A program made the position numbers and the translations under genes. DNA of 19,521 nt from Ginkgo biloba. Its lineage: Eukaryota; Plantae; Ginkgophyta. Positions 1 through 11,600 of this stretch are shown here, in pieces. The DNA lies in assembly GCA_024626585.2 (NCBI GenBank), contig JANKJI020000004.1, positions 64,902,451-64,921,971 of the forward strand. The letters are read 5' to 3'. How positions within the stretch are numbered: the stretch's first letter is position 1; each line of letters begins with the position of its first letter. The notes under the pieces were generated by a model. That model ran no database searches. It was given only the letters and a program-made list of their open reading frames with translations, and had not been told where the DNA came from.

Positions 1-94
1 TCGGTTCTGTCATGCTTCTGGACTGCTGTAAGGTGTCTTTTTGCTGTCAACAACAATTTTCAAATTGTTGATAAAGAAAGTACTAACATACTAT

Positions 95-945
95 TGGATG
101 TTGGCATAACACCTTGCATTCAATACATTGAAGATAAAAGAGCCATTGTCCCAATATTATGATTTCTCGATTGAGGGAAGGAAAATCACTTTTCAACTCA
201 TTACTAAATGCAATTGGGAGTGTCTTAGCTCAACCAAGGCAAGAGAATATTGGTCATTGTATGTTTTTCGCTGGTAATTTTCAATTGAATGAAATTATGT
301 TGTTATTGAGCTAGAAGGCCTTGAGATGGTTTACTCTATTTAAAAAATTTCATCATTATTTGTTAACAAATCACTTTCACTCTAATGCCAAGTACTATTG
401 TACCCATCAACAAACCAATTCTATATAGTTGAGATAAGTCACTTGTTGATACTCTTCCAAGAATTCAACTTCATGAACATGGTTAAACCAGGAGCTTGAC
501 ATAACATCTTTGATCATGTGTCTAAAATTAATATAAGCAAAGAAGTTAATGACTTCCATGGGAATTGTTTGGATGCAACCCTAATTCAATGTGTACAAGT
601 GTCCCAAGTTGGGATAGGGGCATTATAGAGTACCTCGTCTCAAGACCAATGTCCTCAAGACTTGACACAATCGAGTGTTGCAAACTTGTGTACTGTTTCG
701 AACCATACTAATTTATCAAAGTCTTATTGTATTAGATGGGTCTTGTTAGAATCATATGATGATGTGTGATCAAACATAACGTCCCAACAATCGTATGACA
801 AGTGCAAAATGGGATATCAGGGGGTAGTGTCGATAGTGATGACATCACTTGAATAAGTTGGTTTATGGTGACATACACTAGTTCACCACTACGAACAATG
901 AGCAAGATGATGTGACTTTTGCCACGAGTAGGTAAGCCTCATAAC
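95..945 (+). pseudogene. Highly decayed Ty3/gypsy pol remnant (RNase H to integrase zinc finger), a different family from the 7242 element
   Basis: Frameshifted motifs in gypsy order: AFNTLK, PIL, AIGSVLAQ, ELEGL.MVYS, KF.HYL, INKP, LFQEFNF..VKPG, DH.SKI, then LY.MG, GLW..TL, CDFC..VGKP. Confidence 0.78.
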
Positions 946-948
946 ATT

Positions 949-1310
949 TGTTACAACCCTCATACAACCAGTGGGGAAAAGGGAGAATAAGGTTGTTGAA
1001 GGCCAATTATTTATTTAATTTTTTCTTTGTTTGCCCTAGGAATCCAAATTGTTATTTTTGCTATGTTCAGTTGTTTTACTTAGATAGGCTAATGACTTAT
1101 AACTAGGAATTTGGAACAACCAATTACTAAGAAGTTAGAAAATTGACCACTGTGTTCATTTGTTTTGCTCAGATAGGCGAATGATTGATAATCGGAAGCG
1201 AGAATGATTGGTAATTAGGAAATGGAGTGATTGGTGTTTGGGGATAAGAGACCAATAGTTGGAGAATTGGGCGATTGCCACTTGGGCTGTTAGGCGCCCT
1301 TGCCTAGAAT
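949..1310 (+). mobile_element. LTR-like fragment truncating the upstream integrase, with a possible degenerate tRNA-Asp-type PBS near 1292-1309
   Basis: Starts TGTTACAACCCTCATA..GAAAAGGGAGAATAAGGTTGTTGAAGGCCAATT, similar to the first 60 nt of the 7242 LTR. Has short GATTGG sub-repeats. AGGCGCCCTTGCCTAGAA resembles TGGCGCCGTTGCCGGGGA. Confidence 0.45.
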
Positions 1311-1489
1311 GCAAGATTCAGATTGTGCATAAAAGTGATTGTTAAAGGAACTTAAATCTAGATCCAATATATCTTTAAGGTGGTTTTTGAATTTAAGGAC
1401 TCTAAGAGAAGTTTATTTGTTAATGGAATCCTCAAGAATTAGTAATTCCAATGGATCCCAAGGAGGATCTACCATAAATATAATGGAAG

Positions 1490-1830
1490 TATTAATCGAA
1501 CTTCCTATATTTGATGGACGTGGTGATGGATAAATACATAAGTGCACTTTTGAGTGTATATAATATGTAATACATGTCACAAATGATGACATTAAGTGAA
1601 GATATTTTGTTACAACTTTCAAAAGAGTGACATAAGATTGGTACCAAAAGAATCATGCAGTTTAGAGATCAAAGATGAAGAATGTGGTATAAGTTGAATA
1701 TAAGGAAGCCTATGCATATCTTGATCTTGCACATACTAATATTAATGAATTGAAAAATATTAAGAAGAAAAATTATAAATCCATTAAGGAATATTATGGA
1801 ATATTTAAATCCTTCATAGGTAAGAAGATG
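1490..1830 (+). pseudogene. Decayed retrotransposon gag remnant
   Basis: LPIFDG, then DDIK.RYFVTTFK...DWY, the typical retrotransposon gag capsid pattern, broken by stops. Confidence 0.6.
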
Positions 1831-2430
1831 GATTAGTTTGTAGTTGCTATAACTTTAAGTATNNNNNNNNNNNNNNNNNNNNNNNNNNNNNNNNNNNNNN
1901 NNNNNNNNNNNNNNNNNNNNNNNNNNNNNNNNNNNNNNNNNNNNNNNNNNNNNNNNNNNNNNAGTTATTGCTTATAATTTATCTCTATATGCACAACATA
2001 CGAGTCTTGTTAATTTATTAACTCTTTTGGAATAATATGGAACTTTATACTTGTACCTTAGGTAGTTGTTATTATCATAATCTCTTAAGTTGTACCATCT
2101 ATAAAACTTTGCACCACCTTAATTATGATGTGGATAATCCTTATCAAAATACTCCCATTCTTTATATTTATAATTTTGGATAATCATACATCCAATTATG
2201 TCATAATACATGTGTATTTCTAATCCATCATATTATTTTGATTAGAGAATATAATTCTATAGCCATTTCCTTAACACCCATTGCCTCCTCTTAACTTCAT
2301 AGGTCAGCCATTCCCATCAACCAAGTCGACTTGGGAATATTCTGATGCTTGTTCTTGGGATTGTAATTATTATCGTAAATTCCACTATGAATGGTTGATT
2401 AAGTTTTTAGGGACATTAACACCCCTATCA

Positions 2431-2691
2431 TTTCCACTCTTCAATGCTTAATCACATACGATGTGAATCTTGGTGACTGTAATGATGGCTTACCTAACTT
2501 CTTTTGGGTGACTTGTGAAAGGATGTTGGCTTTAATTTTCTAGTGCAAAATCCACCATGAAAGGGTTGTTTCAGTTCTTAGGAAAATTAGCTCCCTATCC
2601 TATCCACTCTTCAGTGCTTCGTCATATATATGTGAATTTTGGTGACTGCAATATTGACTTACCCAAGTGCTTTTAGGCGACTTCCTAGAGG
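2431..2691. repeat. Diverged direct repeat of about 90 bp, copies 170 bp apart
   Basis: TCCACTCTTCARTGCTT..ATGTGAATYTTGGTGACTGYAAT..CTTACCYAA at 2431-2522 and 2601-2691. Confidence 0.75.
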
Positions 2692-3039
2692 ATTTTAACT
2701 TTGATTCTTTACCTACTCGTGGATGATTGTCGTTGAAGTTTACCAATGATAGTTGAATTTTTGTTTCTTGATCCTCCTGCCTCTCGATACTCAATATATC
2801 ATTTGGTAGATTATCTTCACTGTTTACCTTGCAATGCATCCCCATTAATGATTCTTTTATTGTATTCCATTGTTTTCTTGGAGTAGATGTTGGTTCCCCG
2901 AAGTGTTAGTGTGCATAATGTACTAGTGTTTCTGAAAAATATATGTTTATTGAAATGGTAATCTCATTTTTTTATCATAAAGATATGATTAAAGAGGTAA
3001 TAGTAATGTTGATTATGCTTTTCTTACAAGATATTAGAC

Positions 3040-3430
3040 ACTGGTTTTATAATTTTAACCCAATCTTTGGAGTCTTTCTCTCTCTTCTTTGGACATGTTG
3101 TCCTTGATTATGCTTCCATAATGTGTAGGTATGTTCTCTTGGTAATGATGGAAATGACTTTTTTTGAGACTCATGTGTGGGTACTATTGTCATACTTGTT
3201 ATTGAAGGTTGTGTTATATCTTGTATTTTTTGTTCACCACTCAATCTCTCTTGAGCCAATCTGTTAGTCCATTGTAACATTGATTTTGCTTTGGTATAAC
3301 TTTCTCTTTCTTCCCCTTTGTTGACGAACCATTTTGTTCATTGAGTATTTTTGTGGATTATGCCAACTGATTTGGGTTTCCTTATAATCCCAGCATAAAT
3401 GATGGATAGTCTCCTCGTTCTTTGTGCATA
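3040..3430 (-). mobile_element. Probable LINE (L1-type) ORF2 C-terminal remnant
   Basis: The minus strand gives CTKNEETIHHLCWD......W, resembling the zf-RVT C...ET..HL...C......W pattern, then TLWK.. resembling the downstream W..RN motif. The upstream part is lost in the 821-N gap. Confidence 0.5.
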
Positions 3431-4251
3431 NNNNNNNNNNNNNNNNNNNNNNNNNNNNNNNNNNNNNNNNNNNNNNNNNNNNNNNNNNNNNNNNNNNNNN
3501 NNNNNNNNNNNNNNNNNNNNNNNNNNNNNNNNNNNNNNNNNNNNNNNNNNNNNNNNNNNNNNNNNNNNNNNNNNNNNNNNNNNNNNNNNNNNNNNNNNNN
3601 NNNNNNNNNNNNNNNNNNNNNNNNNNNNNNNNNNNNNNNNNNNNNNNNNNNNNNNNNNNNNNNNNNNNNNNNNNNNNNNNNNNNNNNNNNNNNNNNNNNN
3701 NNNNNNNNNNNNNNNNNNNNNNNNNNNNNNNNNNNNNNNNNNNNNNNNNNNNNNNNNNNNNNNNNNNNNNNNNNNNNNNNNNNNNNNNNNNNNNNNNNNN
3801 NNNNNNNNNNNNNNNNNNNNNNNNNNNNNNNNNNNNNNNNNNNNNNNNNNNNNNNNNNNNNNNNNNNNNNNNNNNNNNNNNNNNNNNNNNNNNNNNNNNN
3901 NNNNNNNNNNNNNNNNNNNNNNNNNNNNNNNNNNNNNNNNNNNNNNNNNNNNNNNNNNNNNNNNNNNNNNNNNNNNNNNNNNNNNNNNNNNNNNNNNNNN
4001 NNNNNNNNNNNNNNNNNNNNNNNNNNNNNNNNNNNNNNNNNNNNNNNNNNNNNNNNNNNNNNNNNNNNNNNNNNNNNNNNNNNNNNNNNNNNNNNNNNNN
4101 NNNNNNNNNNNNNNNNNNNNNNNNNNNNNNNNNNNNNNNNNNNNNNNNNNNNNNNNNNNNNNNNNNNNNNNNNNNNNNNNNNNNNNNNNNNNNNNNNNNN
4201 NNNNNNNNNNNNNNNNNNNNNNNNNNNNNNNNNNNNNNNNNNNNNNNNNNN

Positions 4252-4530
4252 NGTTGACTTAGCTTGCATTGACCTGATGTTGATTGTGTCATAAATTCGC
4301 CTTAATGTCAATTTTGACCATATTTAATGCATCTAACTTTGACCATGTTGTTGACTAAATTTGACCAATGAATTATGCAACATTAATTGCTATCCTTCTA
4401 CTACGAGTTTAATTGCCTTTGACCAATGGCTTTGACCAAGTTTGATGAGTTAATTATCCAACATTAATTGCTTGCCTGCTACACCTTTGATTGCCTTTGA
4501 CCAATGACTTTTACTATTTTAGACTATCCT
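4252..4530. repeat. TTGACY-rich degenerate repeat with an about 81 bp tandem duplication
   Basis: AATTAT.CAACATTAATTGCT..ATTGCCTTTGACCAATG.CTTT at 4371 and 4452, plus several extra TTGACC/TTGACT. Confidence 0.7.
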
Positions 4531-4629
4531 TATTATTACTGTCGATGCCATTAATGTTGTTTTTGATGTCATCTTTATTGCCACATAGCCATTTGCACTA
4601 CAACGGCATCACTGTTTTGGCCATATCAT

Positions 4630-5746
4630 CTGAGCGGTTTTGACCTACCTTAAGGTTGTTTTGTCTTATCTTAAGGCGGTTTCCCCTTCTACTTGCGTTG
4701 TGGCCTCTGTGGATGTAATGTCGTCGTTGCTTTTAAACAAACACTTTTTGCTTTTGTTTGATGAGGTTGATTTCCTATTTAGCCTTTTCTTGTTGGAGTT
4801 GTTTAAGCTCCTCCTCTGCCTTTTTCATAGCTTCCTTCTTCGCCTATGCTTCGTTGGCAGTAATAATTCTTTCTCCTCTTTTTGGATTCGAAATATTTGT
4901 GTCTACTTGTTTCGTGTTCATCTTCTTTCTAGAATGAGTGCAAGCATTTACATTTACATTGTCTTGGTTGTTTGGGATCTGATTTGCATAGGCTGGAAGC
5001 TTTATCACTTTTTGGGTAGTCCTTAGTTTTATGATCACTAGGGTCACATTACATATAGGCTACTCCTTAATAATCCTTATAAGGACAATTTTTAGCATCA
5101 TGCCCCTAGTTCATACAACGAGAATAATGTATTGGAGGAATATTGTCTTCGTTAGCTTCTTGATAGTTTGTGTGTGCCTTTGTCACATGTGACACCACGT
5201 AGTTTTCCCTTTCTCATTTTGTTTGTCGATTTTCTTGGTTTCATTATTATTGTTGTTGCTCTTCTTATTTAATTGAATTTTCATCTTCTTAATTTTTGCA
5301 ATCAATTTCTCATTGGTATTTGCTTCCTTTGATTTGGGTGTTTCCTTGATTTTAGGATCACCCTTGTTCATGTTCCAATATGCCGAATCTCCTCCTACGT
5401 AATATTTTTGNNNNNNNNNNNNNNNNNNNNNNNNNNNNNNNNNNNNNNNNNNNNNNNNNNNNNNNNNNNNNNNNNNNNNNNNNNNNNNNNNNNNNNNNNN
5501 NNNNNNNNNAATAGTTTATTATGGCAACTAGAGGTACTATGTTGTTCCTTTTCAATTTGGCCACTAACACGTGGAGTGTGCCATCTTAATTTCAGACCGT
5601 TTCTTCAATGGCTTGTTGATCTCACATAGGGCCTTATAAATCACATATGGGTTGCACAGTAGTCAAAGAATTGTTCCTTGATCATAGGCCATGGATTTTC
5701 TTTGATGCATTTGTACCATTATAGGGTGATTCTGCGAAGTGTTGAG
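4630..5746 (-). pseudogene. Decayed gypsy-type gag remnant with two zinc-knuckle relics
   Basis: Minus strand: STLR..L.WY..WPMIKEQF (about 5660-5745), WCHM..H (about 5170-5200), GHDAKNCP (5082-5105), and VNACTHS (a VNA.TRS-like linker, about 4930-4950), followed by a K/E-rich stretch. Confidence 0.62.
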
Positions 5747-7142
5747 NNNNNNNNNNNNNNNNNNNNNNNNNNNNNNNNNNNNNNNNNNNNNNNNNNNNNN
5801 NNNNNNNNNNNNNNNNNNNNNNNNNNNNNNNNNNNNNNNNNNNNNNTTTCTTTATCTTGTTTTATCCTTTAATCCACTTAGTTATGGTAACTTGAGTCTA
5901 AGACGAACACTTGGCGTTAAGGGTGATTGCTTGCTTTGAAATGGATGTCAACGTCCATTCATCTCATGATGCGTTGGAGAAAGAGAGAGGCAGTTTGACA
6001 TTTTCCAAGGTCATGCGGTAGTGACGAGGATCTACTCCACTACTATCCTCAACAACGACTTTAGCTGCAATGCCATCCGAGTAGAGGTTGACGGGCTCCC
6101 CAAAGATTGATCACACCTTTTGTAATGTCTTTTTCTCGTTTTTTTTAAGGGATAGTTCAATATATTAGGGATAGTTCTTGGGGATGCTTGTGCATCCTTG
6201 CAGGGATGGGGGGACAACACCTGGGTATAGTTCGATGCGGCTCAATTGTATCGGGTATAGGTACCCTACCTATTGGGGACATGCACCCGACAACACTAAT
6301 TTCCCCTAAACTTTCAAAGCTCCAAAAGTATTACTCAACACCATCAATTGCTTTTGTCTCGCAACATGTCCCAAGGGATTCAACATCCTTTTACAAGCAA
6401 CACTTTTTNNNNNNNNNNNNNNNNNNNNNNNNNNAGCCTTAATTGAGCAACCCTCATCTTGCATGCTCCTCCCAAAAATGCAAAGCATCTAGGCAAGTCT
6501 CAAGAGGCAAGTTCATGGCTCCCTTTAAATAATCACATGCTTCTTTGATGCCTTTCTTTTCTTCATGTGAGGCATTTCATTTTCCTGCATACATTGTTCG
6601 TAATAACTTACTGTTTTGTTAAATGTTGGAGAATACTTTCTGATTGAGAGCAATTTGTATCTATATTGCCCCCTGAATATTTTTAGCAAATGAGGTGTTG
6701 GCGGGGCTATCTTACTTCATATATAAANNNNNNNNNNTATCCTTTAATCCAATTACTTCCTAGATTGTTTTTTATAAAGTAAAAATTTGAGTCTACATAA
6801 AGTGGAAATCTCAAGACTTGAGGCTTGAAGATGTACTTGAAACATGCAGAATGCCACAAATATTAATGTTTTCGAACTTGCAATGATAGGATTTTCTCCA
6901 AAAGAATCACATGCCTTCTTAATTAAAGAAAGTTCTTGCATTCATTACATTATTTCTTCTTGTGCTGACAGGCTCATTGTTTATGTAGGAGCAGATCTAA
7001 TATTAGCTTAATTCTAGATAAACTTGATTTAATTTTGATTCTGTCAATTCCTTCTTCTAGAGAATTTTGTGTGTTCAGTTGCATATAAGATTACCATTTC
7101 ATGTTTAATGCATAATTATGATTTCTTTGCTTCAATGAAATT

Positions 7143-7241
7143 GGGTTTTCCTACACAAGCCTGGGGGTGCATGAACCTAAGATGCACCTCGTACCGGGTA
7201 CAGCGATGTAGGTGTAGGGACATAGGGGTGCCCCCTTGCAT
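7143..7241. repeat. Left half of a GC-rich GGGTGC/GCACCC-motif repeat (MITE-like) split by the LTR element
   Basis: GGGGGTGCA, GATGCACC and GGGGTGCCCCC motifs directly left of the 5' LTR match the motif content directly right of the 3' LTR. Confidence 0.4.
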
Positions 7242-8644
7242 TATTAGAAATCTCATAACATCTTTTGGAAAAAGAGAGAATAAGGTCGTTGGAGACCAAT
7301 TTTATAATTGCAAATAGGACATCGGAGTAACAACTAGTAGAGTTGAAGCTTGGATTTAAATATGGAAATATTAACGTATTTAATAAAGCTAGAGTAAAGC
7401 GACGTGGGAAGGTGACCAGATCCAAAGATTTTAGGATCTTGCCTCATGTGGTTGGCTATCAAAAGGGAATAATTCCTAAACAGGTGTTTTTGTTAATGGT
7501 TAGTTTGGGTGTATAAATTCTGCTTTCTACTCATCATGGTAGGATCCTACAATTATGAATTTTATGGAAGACTAAGTTCCTTTCGAGCAACCCTTTCTAT
7601 GGGTAATTGGAGCATGATTCCCTCTGCAAGTCACTTGGCATGTGTGGACTTGCACTCCCTTGATTCTTCTCTATTTTCCATTCTATCCTCTCTCATTCTT
7701 CCTCATTTTTTAAGGGTTATTCAGAAGATTTGAAGCATATGGGTTGAAAAGACTACCATGGTATAAAGGACTACCTAGATATGATTTTCTCTAGTTAAGA
7801 CATCGAGTTGCTCCCCAATAGTGACCCTGACAACATTCGCTTTCGTCATTGGACATGCGGAGGAGGATTTCTAGCCAGAAACCTCTTCTTTGGAGGCAAG
7901 ACCCACTCCACAAACATAGTGCCATGCAACCATTTGACAAATAGTTTGCTAGTTTTTTCTTAGTGACCACCACTCCCTTGGCGTTGGATGATAGACAAAT
8001 AGGATTGGATCATTCTCTACCCTTGGATTTATGACATAGTCAGTGAGTGGTATACCTTATGGTTGAGACATGGGTTTTGAGCGATACACACATATTGTAG
8101 TTGGATATACCCATTCCCTTCTAAGAGGCACTTGGGGATGAAGCCCTTTTTTTTATATTATGCTTTACCTTCCTTTAGGGTTTTATTGAATTCTCATGTT
8201 GAGTGAAAGGTTGGATCTGTTTTGCCTTGCACACTTTTGTATACTTCTGTGTATTTTTGTATACAACATATTATGATACCTGATATTTGTACCTATACCT
8301 ATACCTATTTTGTATTGACTTTGGCATAGGGACAGGCCTGGGATTAGGCTTAGATATGGGGTTACCACTCTGGCACTCACACATAATATCTCTCATGATG
8401 TATTACATATAGTTCCATTTACCACTTTTGGTTACCAACAAACATTAATACTATTTCTTTCTTTCTTTCTTTCAACGAAAGTTTGCTGTCAAGGTATCAA
8501 CTTTTATGTATTTTGAATTTTTATCTGAAATATACCAGTTTTTGAAGCATTAGTTCTATCCATTTTACTGAAGTTTGGTAATATTCTTGTATTAAGAGGA
8601 GATTCTTTGCATTTTCTTTGAATTTTAGAGTAAGGAACATAATA
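7242..8644 (+). repeat. 5' LTR (about 1.4 kb)
   Basis: 7242-7794 aligns with 13109-13708 and about 8513-8644 aligns with 13847-13977, at roughly 80% identity. TATAAAT at 7512. Ends 1 nt before the PBS. Confidence 0.88.
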
Positions 8645-8645
8645 T

Positions 8646-8657
8646 TGGTGTCAAAGT
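8646..8657 (+). other. Degenerate primer-binding site (tRNA-iMet type)
   Basis: TGGTGTCAAAGT versus the canonical TGGTATCAGAGC (9/12), immediately after the LTR end. Confidence 0.75.
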
Positions 8658-8689
8658 TAATGTTTTTGCTATTGTGGGCTAGTGGGATG

Positions 8690-11600
8690 GGTTTCTTTTC
8701 AAGATGTAGCTGATTCAATATGTTTAGAGACATTCGAATCAGTGTTGAATAGGAGGCAACCTCTTAGGGTATGCTTGAGGAGAATCTTAGGTCCTTTAGC
8801 CAAGTGGTACAAGGTTTGGGGCATGCATTGGAGAAACTTTTCCAAGGAATGCAATTGTTGCTAGGAATGTAGGTAAGACAAGAGGATGATAGTCGAGGAT
8901 TTGCACATGGGTTTGATAACCCTTTTGCTGATGACAACATTGGTAGATATACTTTCCCAAGGAGGAATATAATGAAGGAAGGAGTCGGGAGAACACATTA
9001 GACAAGAATATGGACAACCCTATGCAACTTCTATGGAGGCTTAGGAGACCAAGGAATATACAAAGGCATAGAGAGCAACATCAACCAAGGACTAAATTTG
9101 AGGTACCTAAATTTAATGTGAGAAACAATGGAATGCGAACATTTGTCTGGATTCATAAGCTTAATTAGTATTTTCAGATCCATCCCATGGATGATGATGA
9201 GAACATTTATACCGCAATCCTACATCTTGAGGAGACAACGTAGGATTGGTGGCATCATGTGGATGTGGATGTTCAAGAAGGCACAAGGCTCAATATCGTG
9301 GCATATGGAGAATTTTCTTTGGAATTCTTTACTATGCTTGACACAAAGGAGGTAGTTTACTACTTTGTGGAACTCAAAAATCTTAAACAAATGAGTTAGG
9401 TAAGTGAGTATGTAGTAGATTTTAGAAGACTAGTGGTTTTGGTGTGTGGTTTGAGTAGANNNNNNNNNNNNNNNNNNNNNNNNNNNNNNNNNNNNNNNNN
9501 NNNNNNNNNNNNNNNNNNNNNNNNNNNNNNNNNNNNNNNNNNNNNNNNNNNNNNNNNNNNNNNNNNNNNNNNNNNNNNNNNNNNNNNNNTCAAACAAAAT
9601 CAGATTGAGGGAGCAAATTTCAACTTGTAGGACATTATTCACCAATCCATCCTAAGCCTCAAGTAAATAGAGGTACCTTTCGATTAGCTGAAGGAAAAAT
9701 TAGAAACTACCTGGATTGCAATTATAGTCGAGCTAAAAAAATAAGGATTATGTTGAAAGTTGCAGATGGTGCGACCATGAATTGCAAAGGTATGTGTAGA
9801 GGGATGCNNNNNNNNNNNNNNNNNNNNNNNNNNNNNNNCTAAGCTCTGATTTGTTTCTTGTGGCTATTAGCACAATTGATATGGTGTTAGGAGCATAATG
9901 TATCCAAACTCTAGGTAAAATTGCAATCAATATGGATAAGCTATACTTCAAGGTTTGGGACAATGGGGAGGAAGTCAAAATTCATGGTATAAAAATTCCT
10001 AAACCACAAGTAGTCTCTTTCTATCAGATGGGATTTAAACTCAAAAAAGGGGNNNNNNNNNNNNNNNNNNNNNNAAATTTGCTCCATTCAACCAACATAA
10101 ATCGACAAGGGCAAGGATACTCTTTCTCCCTTTCTTGAGATTAATGTGGTTGTAGAGGCCTTTGACGATGTGTTTAGAATTGCTTAAGGGACATCCACTT
10201 GATAGGGGAATGTAACACATTATTGAGATGAAGCCCAACACATCTCCTATTATAATACCACTTTATCTGCAACCCCATTATAACAAGTTAAAAAGAGAGA
10301 AAACCATTAATGAGTTGTTAGATGCAGGGCACATTATCCATAGCAACAACCCCTTTGCAACCCCTGTGGTATTATCTAGGAAAATGGATGGGTCTTTTAG
10401 GATGTGCGTGGATTATAGAGGACTAAATAATGTCACAATAAAAAATAGATTTAATATCCCTAGAATTGATGATTCGATGGATGCACTACATTGGGCGACC
10501 TACGTCTCCAAGATTGATTTGAGATTGGGATAGCACTAGATAAGGGTGAGAGTTTCTGAGTCTTTATGAGTTTCTAGTGATGCCATTTGGATTCATTAAT
10601 GCTCCATCCAAATTCTTGGCCATGATGAACAAGGTATTTGCCCCACATTTGCATAAATTGTGTTGGTTTTCTTTGATGATATTTTATTATGTAGTCCTTA
10701 CTTGGACTAGCGTGTGGAGCATCTCACCATTATTCTTTAGATTTTCAAAGATAGCAAGTTCCTTGCCAAAAGGACTAAGGGTAGGTTTGGGAGTGTTGAA
10801 TTAGACTATTTGGGGCACATCATCTCAATGGCGGGGGGGGTGGGTGGGTTGAAGGTGGTCTCGAGCAAGATTGAAGTCATTTTGAACTGGCTTAGGCCCA
10901 CCAATATCACCAAACTCCGAGGTTTCTTGTGCCTGATAGGTTATTATTGGAGATTTGTAAAAGAGTATTCTTCTAAAGCAACGATACTTATAGATCTCCC
11001 AAGAAGGAGGCATTTCAATAGGATGATAAAGCAAAACAATTTTCAATCAGCTAGCCCCTTTGGATTTCTCTAAACCTATTGTATTGGAGTGTGATGTATT
11101 GGGGTTCGGATTAGGGGTGGTGTTGATGCACGAGGTGAGGCCCATAGCTTTTGAGAACAAAAAATTAAAAGGGGAATAGAAGAACCTCTCCTCTTATGAT
11201 AACGAGATGTTAGCTATGTTAGCTATTATAAATGCCTTTGACAAATGGAGGTCCTATTCTCTTGGGAAGCTCCTTCAACCTAAAATATTTCCTTTCACAA
11301 AAGATATTAACTCCATTCAATAGAAATGGGGCAGCAAAGTACAAGCGTTTGATTTTGAAATCAATTATAAAAAGGGAAACCAGTATTTTGTGGCTGATGC
11401 TCTTTCCAAGCTACACGAGGGGGCCACCTTGCTATTTCCTTAGTTGAAGTAGCTTGGACTAGTGAGATACAAGTAGAGTACACTAAAGATCCTATTATGT
11501 CAACTCTAATTTCTAAATTACAACAAGGTTCAACATAAATCAGCTCAGATTTTGAGTGGAAGAACGACCTCCTTTGGTACAAGGGTAAGATATACCTCTC

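Noticed and set aside
1-40. Possible exon end (..CTGTAAG|GT)
   Set aside because: No frame gives the expected PP5 CGDVHGQ ending, and the stretch is too short to assign.
3264-4311. Long 277-342 aa ORFs in the ORF track
   Set aside because: Artefacts of reading through the 821-N gap. The same applies to the other X-filled ORFs.
4640-5026. 128-aa hydrophobic ORF on the + strand
   Set aside because: Antisense shadow of the purine-rich gag remnant on the minus strand.
5863-6755. TATCCTTTAATCCA.TTA occurring just after two different gaps (5863 and 6738)
   Set aside because: Only 18 nt of AT-rich sequence with no extension; chance or a gap-edge repeat.
7795-8510. Separate insertion inside the 5' LTR
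   Set aside because: The matching part of the 3' LTR is a 100-N gap of unknown size, so absence cannot be shown.
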